From positions 1 to 32,034 of the forward strand of contig JACQFO010000007.1 of the NCBI GenBank assembly GCA_016200025.1: a stretch of DNA of 32,034 nt. Direction: 5' to 3'. A program made the position numbers and the translations under genes. Positions 31,057 to 32,034 of the stretch are shown one piece after another. The DNA is from Nitrososphaerota archaeon. GTDB taxonomy: Archaea; Thermoproteota; Nitrososphaeria; Nitrososphaerales; Gagatemarchaeaceae. Numbering within the stretch: the first letter of the stretch is position 1; each line of letters begins with the position of its first letter. The notes under the pieces were generated by a model. It was not told where the DNA came from. It worked only from the letters and a program-made list of their open reading frames with translations, and made no database searches.

Positions 31057-32034
31057 CTACCGCGTGGTTTCCGCAGTCTTCACTGCCATGTAGAGCTTCT
31101 TCGCCGAGGAAGTCTTCTCGAAGTGCACCCGTATGGGGGAGATGATGGAGTCGAGGGCGTCTGCGACTCCCCTCTTGAGGTCGGCGGGATGAAGGGTTCC
31201 ACCCCGGAAGGCCAGTTCCATCTCGTCGTAGCTCGTGAATTCGACCTTGCCGCCGAACTTCTCCGGTCGCTCCACGGAGAGCGACTTCTGTTTCCTGAAG
31301 ATGATGTACTTGGAGTACTCCATGGGGGCGTTGCCCTCAACGACCTTGGCTGGACAATAGGCGGAGTTCACCTTCTTCGCTATCTCCTCCCTGCTGTCGT
31401 GGACGAAGATCGCGGTCTCCGGCCTGCTCTTGCTCATCTTGCTCGCTATTTGGGAATCCAGGGTCCTGTTCTCATCGTACCCCTCCGCCTCCTTCTTCCC
31501 TCCAAGGCCGATGAGCATGTGGTGGTGCACTGCGACGGGCTTCTTCCACTTCATTTTGTCCGCAATCTCCCTGGCCAGGATGTTGGCACGCCTCTGGTCG
31601 AGGCCCAGTTGGCAGATGTCGACGTCGAGCCAGAAGATGTCGGCGACCTGCATCATTGGATAGAAGAGCTGGGCAGTCTGGATCAGGTCCTTGGTGGTGC
31701 GGCCCATGATCGTGAGTGCACGCTGGGTCCTGGCCAACGTGGCGTTCTGCGCGACTGTCACGACCCTCTTCCAGTACTCCTCGTCCTTGGCAGCGTCGCT
31801 CGTCCAGAGCACTTCCACCTTGCTCATGTCAACGCCCGCCGCGCGCCAGACCTCGATGAAGTACTTCCCCACCTCCTGGATGGTCGCGAGGTCCCCGCCC
31901 ATCTTGTTGTTGACCCAGCCGAACCAGTCGGCTATCCAGAGCTTCATCTTCACGCCCGCCTTCAGCATGTCCTCCACCAGGATGGGGCGCAGGACCCCGA
32001 ATGGAAGGTGCGCAAGGCCGCTGGGTTCGAAGCC
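31057..32034 (-). CDS. tyrS: Tyrosine--tRNA ligase, archaeal type (5' end beyond the window)
   Basis: The frame stays open to the window edge. Minus-strand translation from 32034 gives GFEPSGLAHLPFGVLRPILVEDMLKAG.... Further on are YPMMQVADI, the KMSKS motif, AYCPAKVVEGN and ERPEKFGGKVEFTSYDEMELAFRGGTLHPADLKRGVADALDSIISPIR. These closely parallel M. jannaschii TyrRS. Confidence 0.9.
   Translation of the reverse strand, partial: GFEPSGLAHLPFGVLRPILVEDMLKAGVKMKLWIADWFGWVNNKMGGDLATIQEVGKYFIEVWRAAGVDMSKVEVLWTSDAAKDEEYWKRVVTVAQNATLARTQRALTIMGRTTKDLIQTAQLFYPMMQVADIFWLDVDICQLGLDQRRANILAREIADKMKWKKPVAVHHHMLIGLGGKKEAEGYDENRTLDSQIASKMSKSRPETAIFVHDSREEIAKKVNSAYCPAKVVEGNAPMEYSKYIIFRKQKSLSVERPEKFGGKVEFTSYDEMELAFRGGTLHPADLKRGVADALDSIISPIRVHFEKTSSAKKLYMAVKTAETTR

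Overview
This is a GC-rich, tightly packed archaeal chromosomal segment. Archaeal origin is supported by RadA, an M. jannaschii-type TyrRS, a DUF373 protein, DUF35/thiolase genes, and A/T-rich TATA-like boxes about 24-31 nt upstream of many start codons. I support 32 CDS features, or 31 genes if the two surface-protein ORFs are one gene. I found no rRNA, tRNA, CRISPR array or mobile element. The left part (1-17.4 kb) is an acyl-CoA / ketone-body / branched-chain catabolic neighbourhood. It holds acyl-CoA dehydrogenase-etfB-etfA followed by a separately promoted membrane Fe-S oxidoreductase, and a PrpD-family / LLM oxidoreductase / MenA-like prenyltransferase / CPBP protease operon. It also holds a five-gene operon of two thiolase-fold paralogs that appear to lack the nucleophilic Cys, an acetoacetate-CoA ligase and two DUF35 proteins. 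IlvE, a canonical thiolase and a FadD-like ligase follow. The right part is mostly housekeeping: DUF373-UppS, Nudix, inositol-3-phosphate synthase, AsnRS-RadA, a ThiI-like protein, a glycosyltransferase, AMMECR1, Mut7-C and TyrRS. It also contains three unrecognised genes and a large sequon-rich surface protein. The most notable observations are these. (1) The thiolase-like x2 / AACS / DUF35 x2 operon. (2) A roughly 906-codon surface glycoprotein reading frame interrupted by a single in-frame TAG. (3) A small protein that by eye resembles eukaryotic ribosomal protein L22e. (4) A divergent pair of unknown genes sharing one TATA box flanked by a perfect 8-bp inverted repeat. (5) A PP-loop-degenerate ThiI-like gene. 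All family assignments come from motif recognition by eye, with no database search, and most start codons are inferred.
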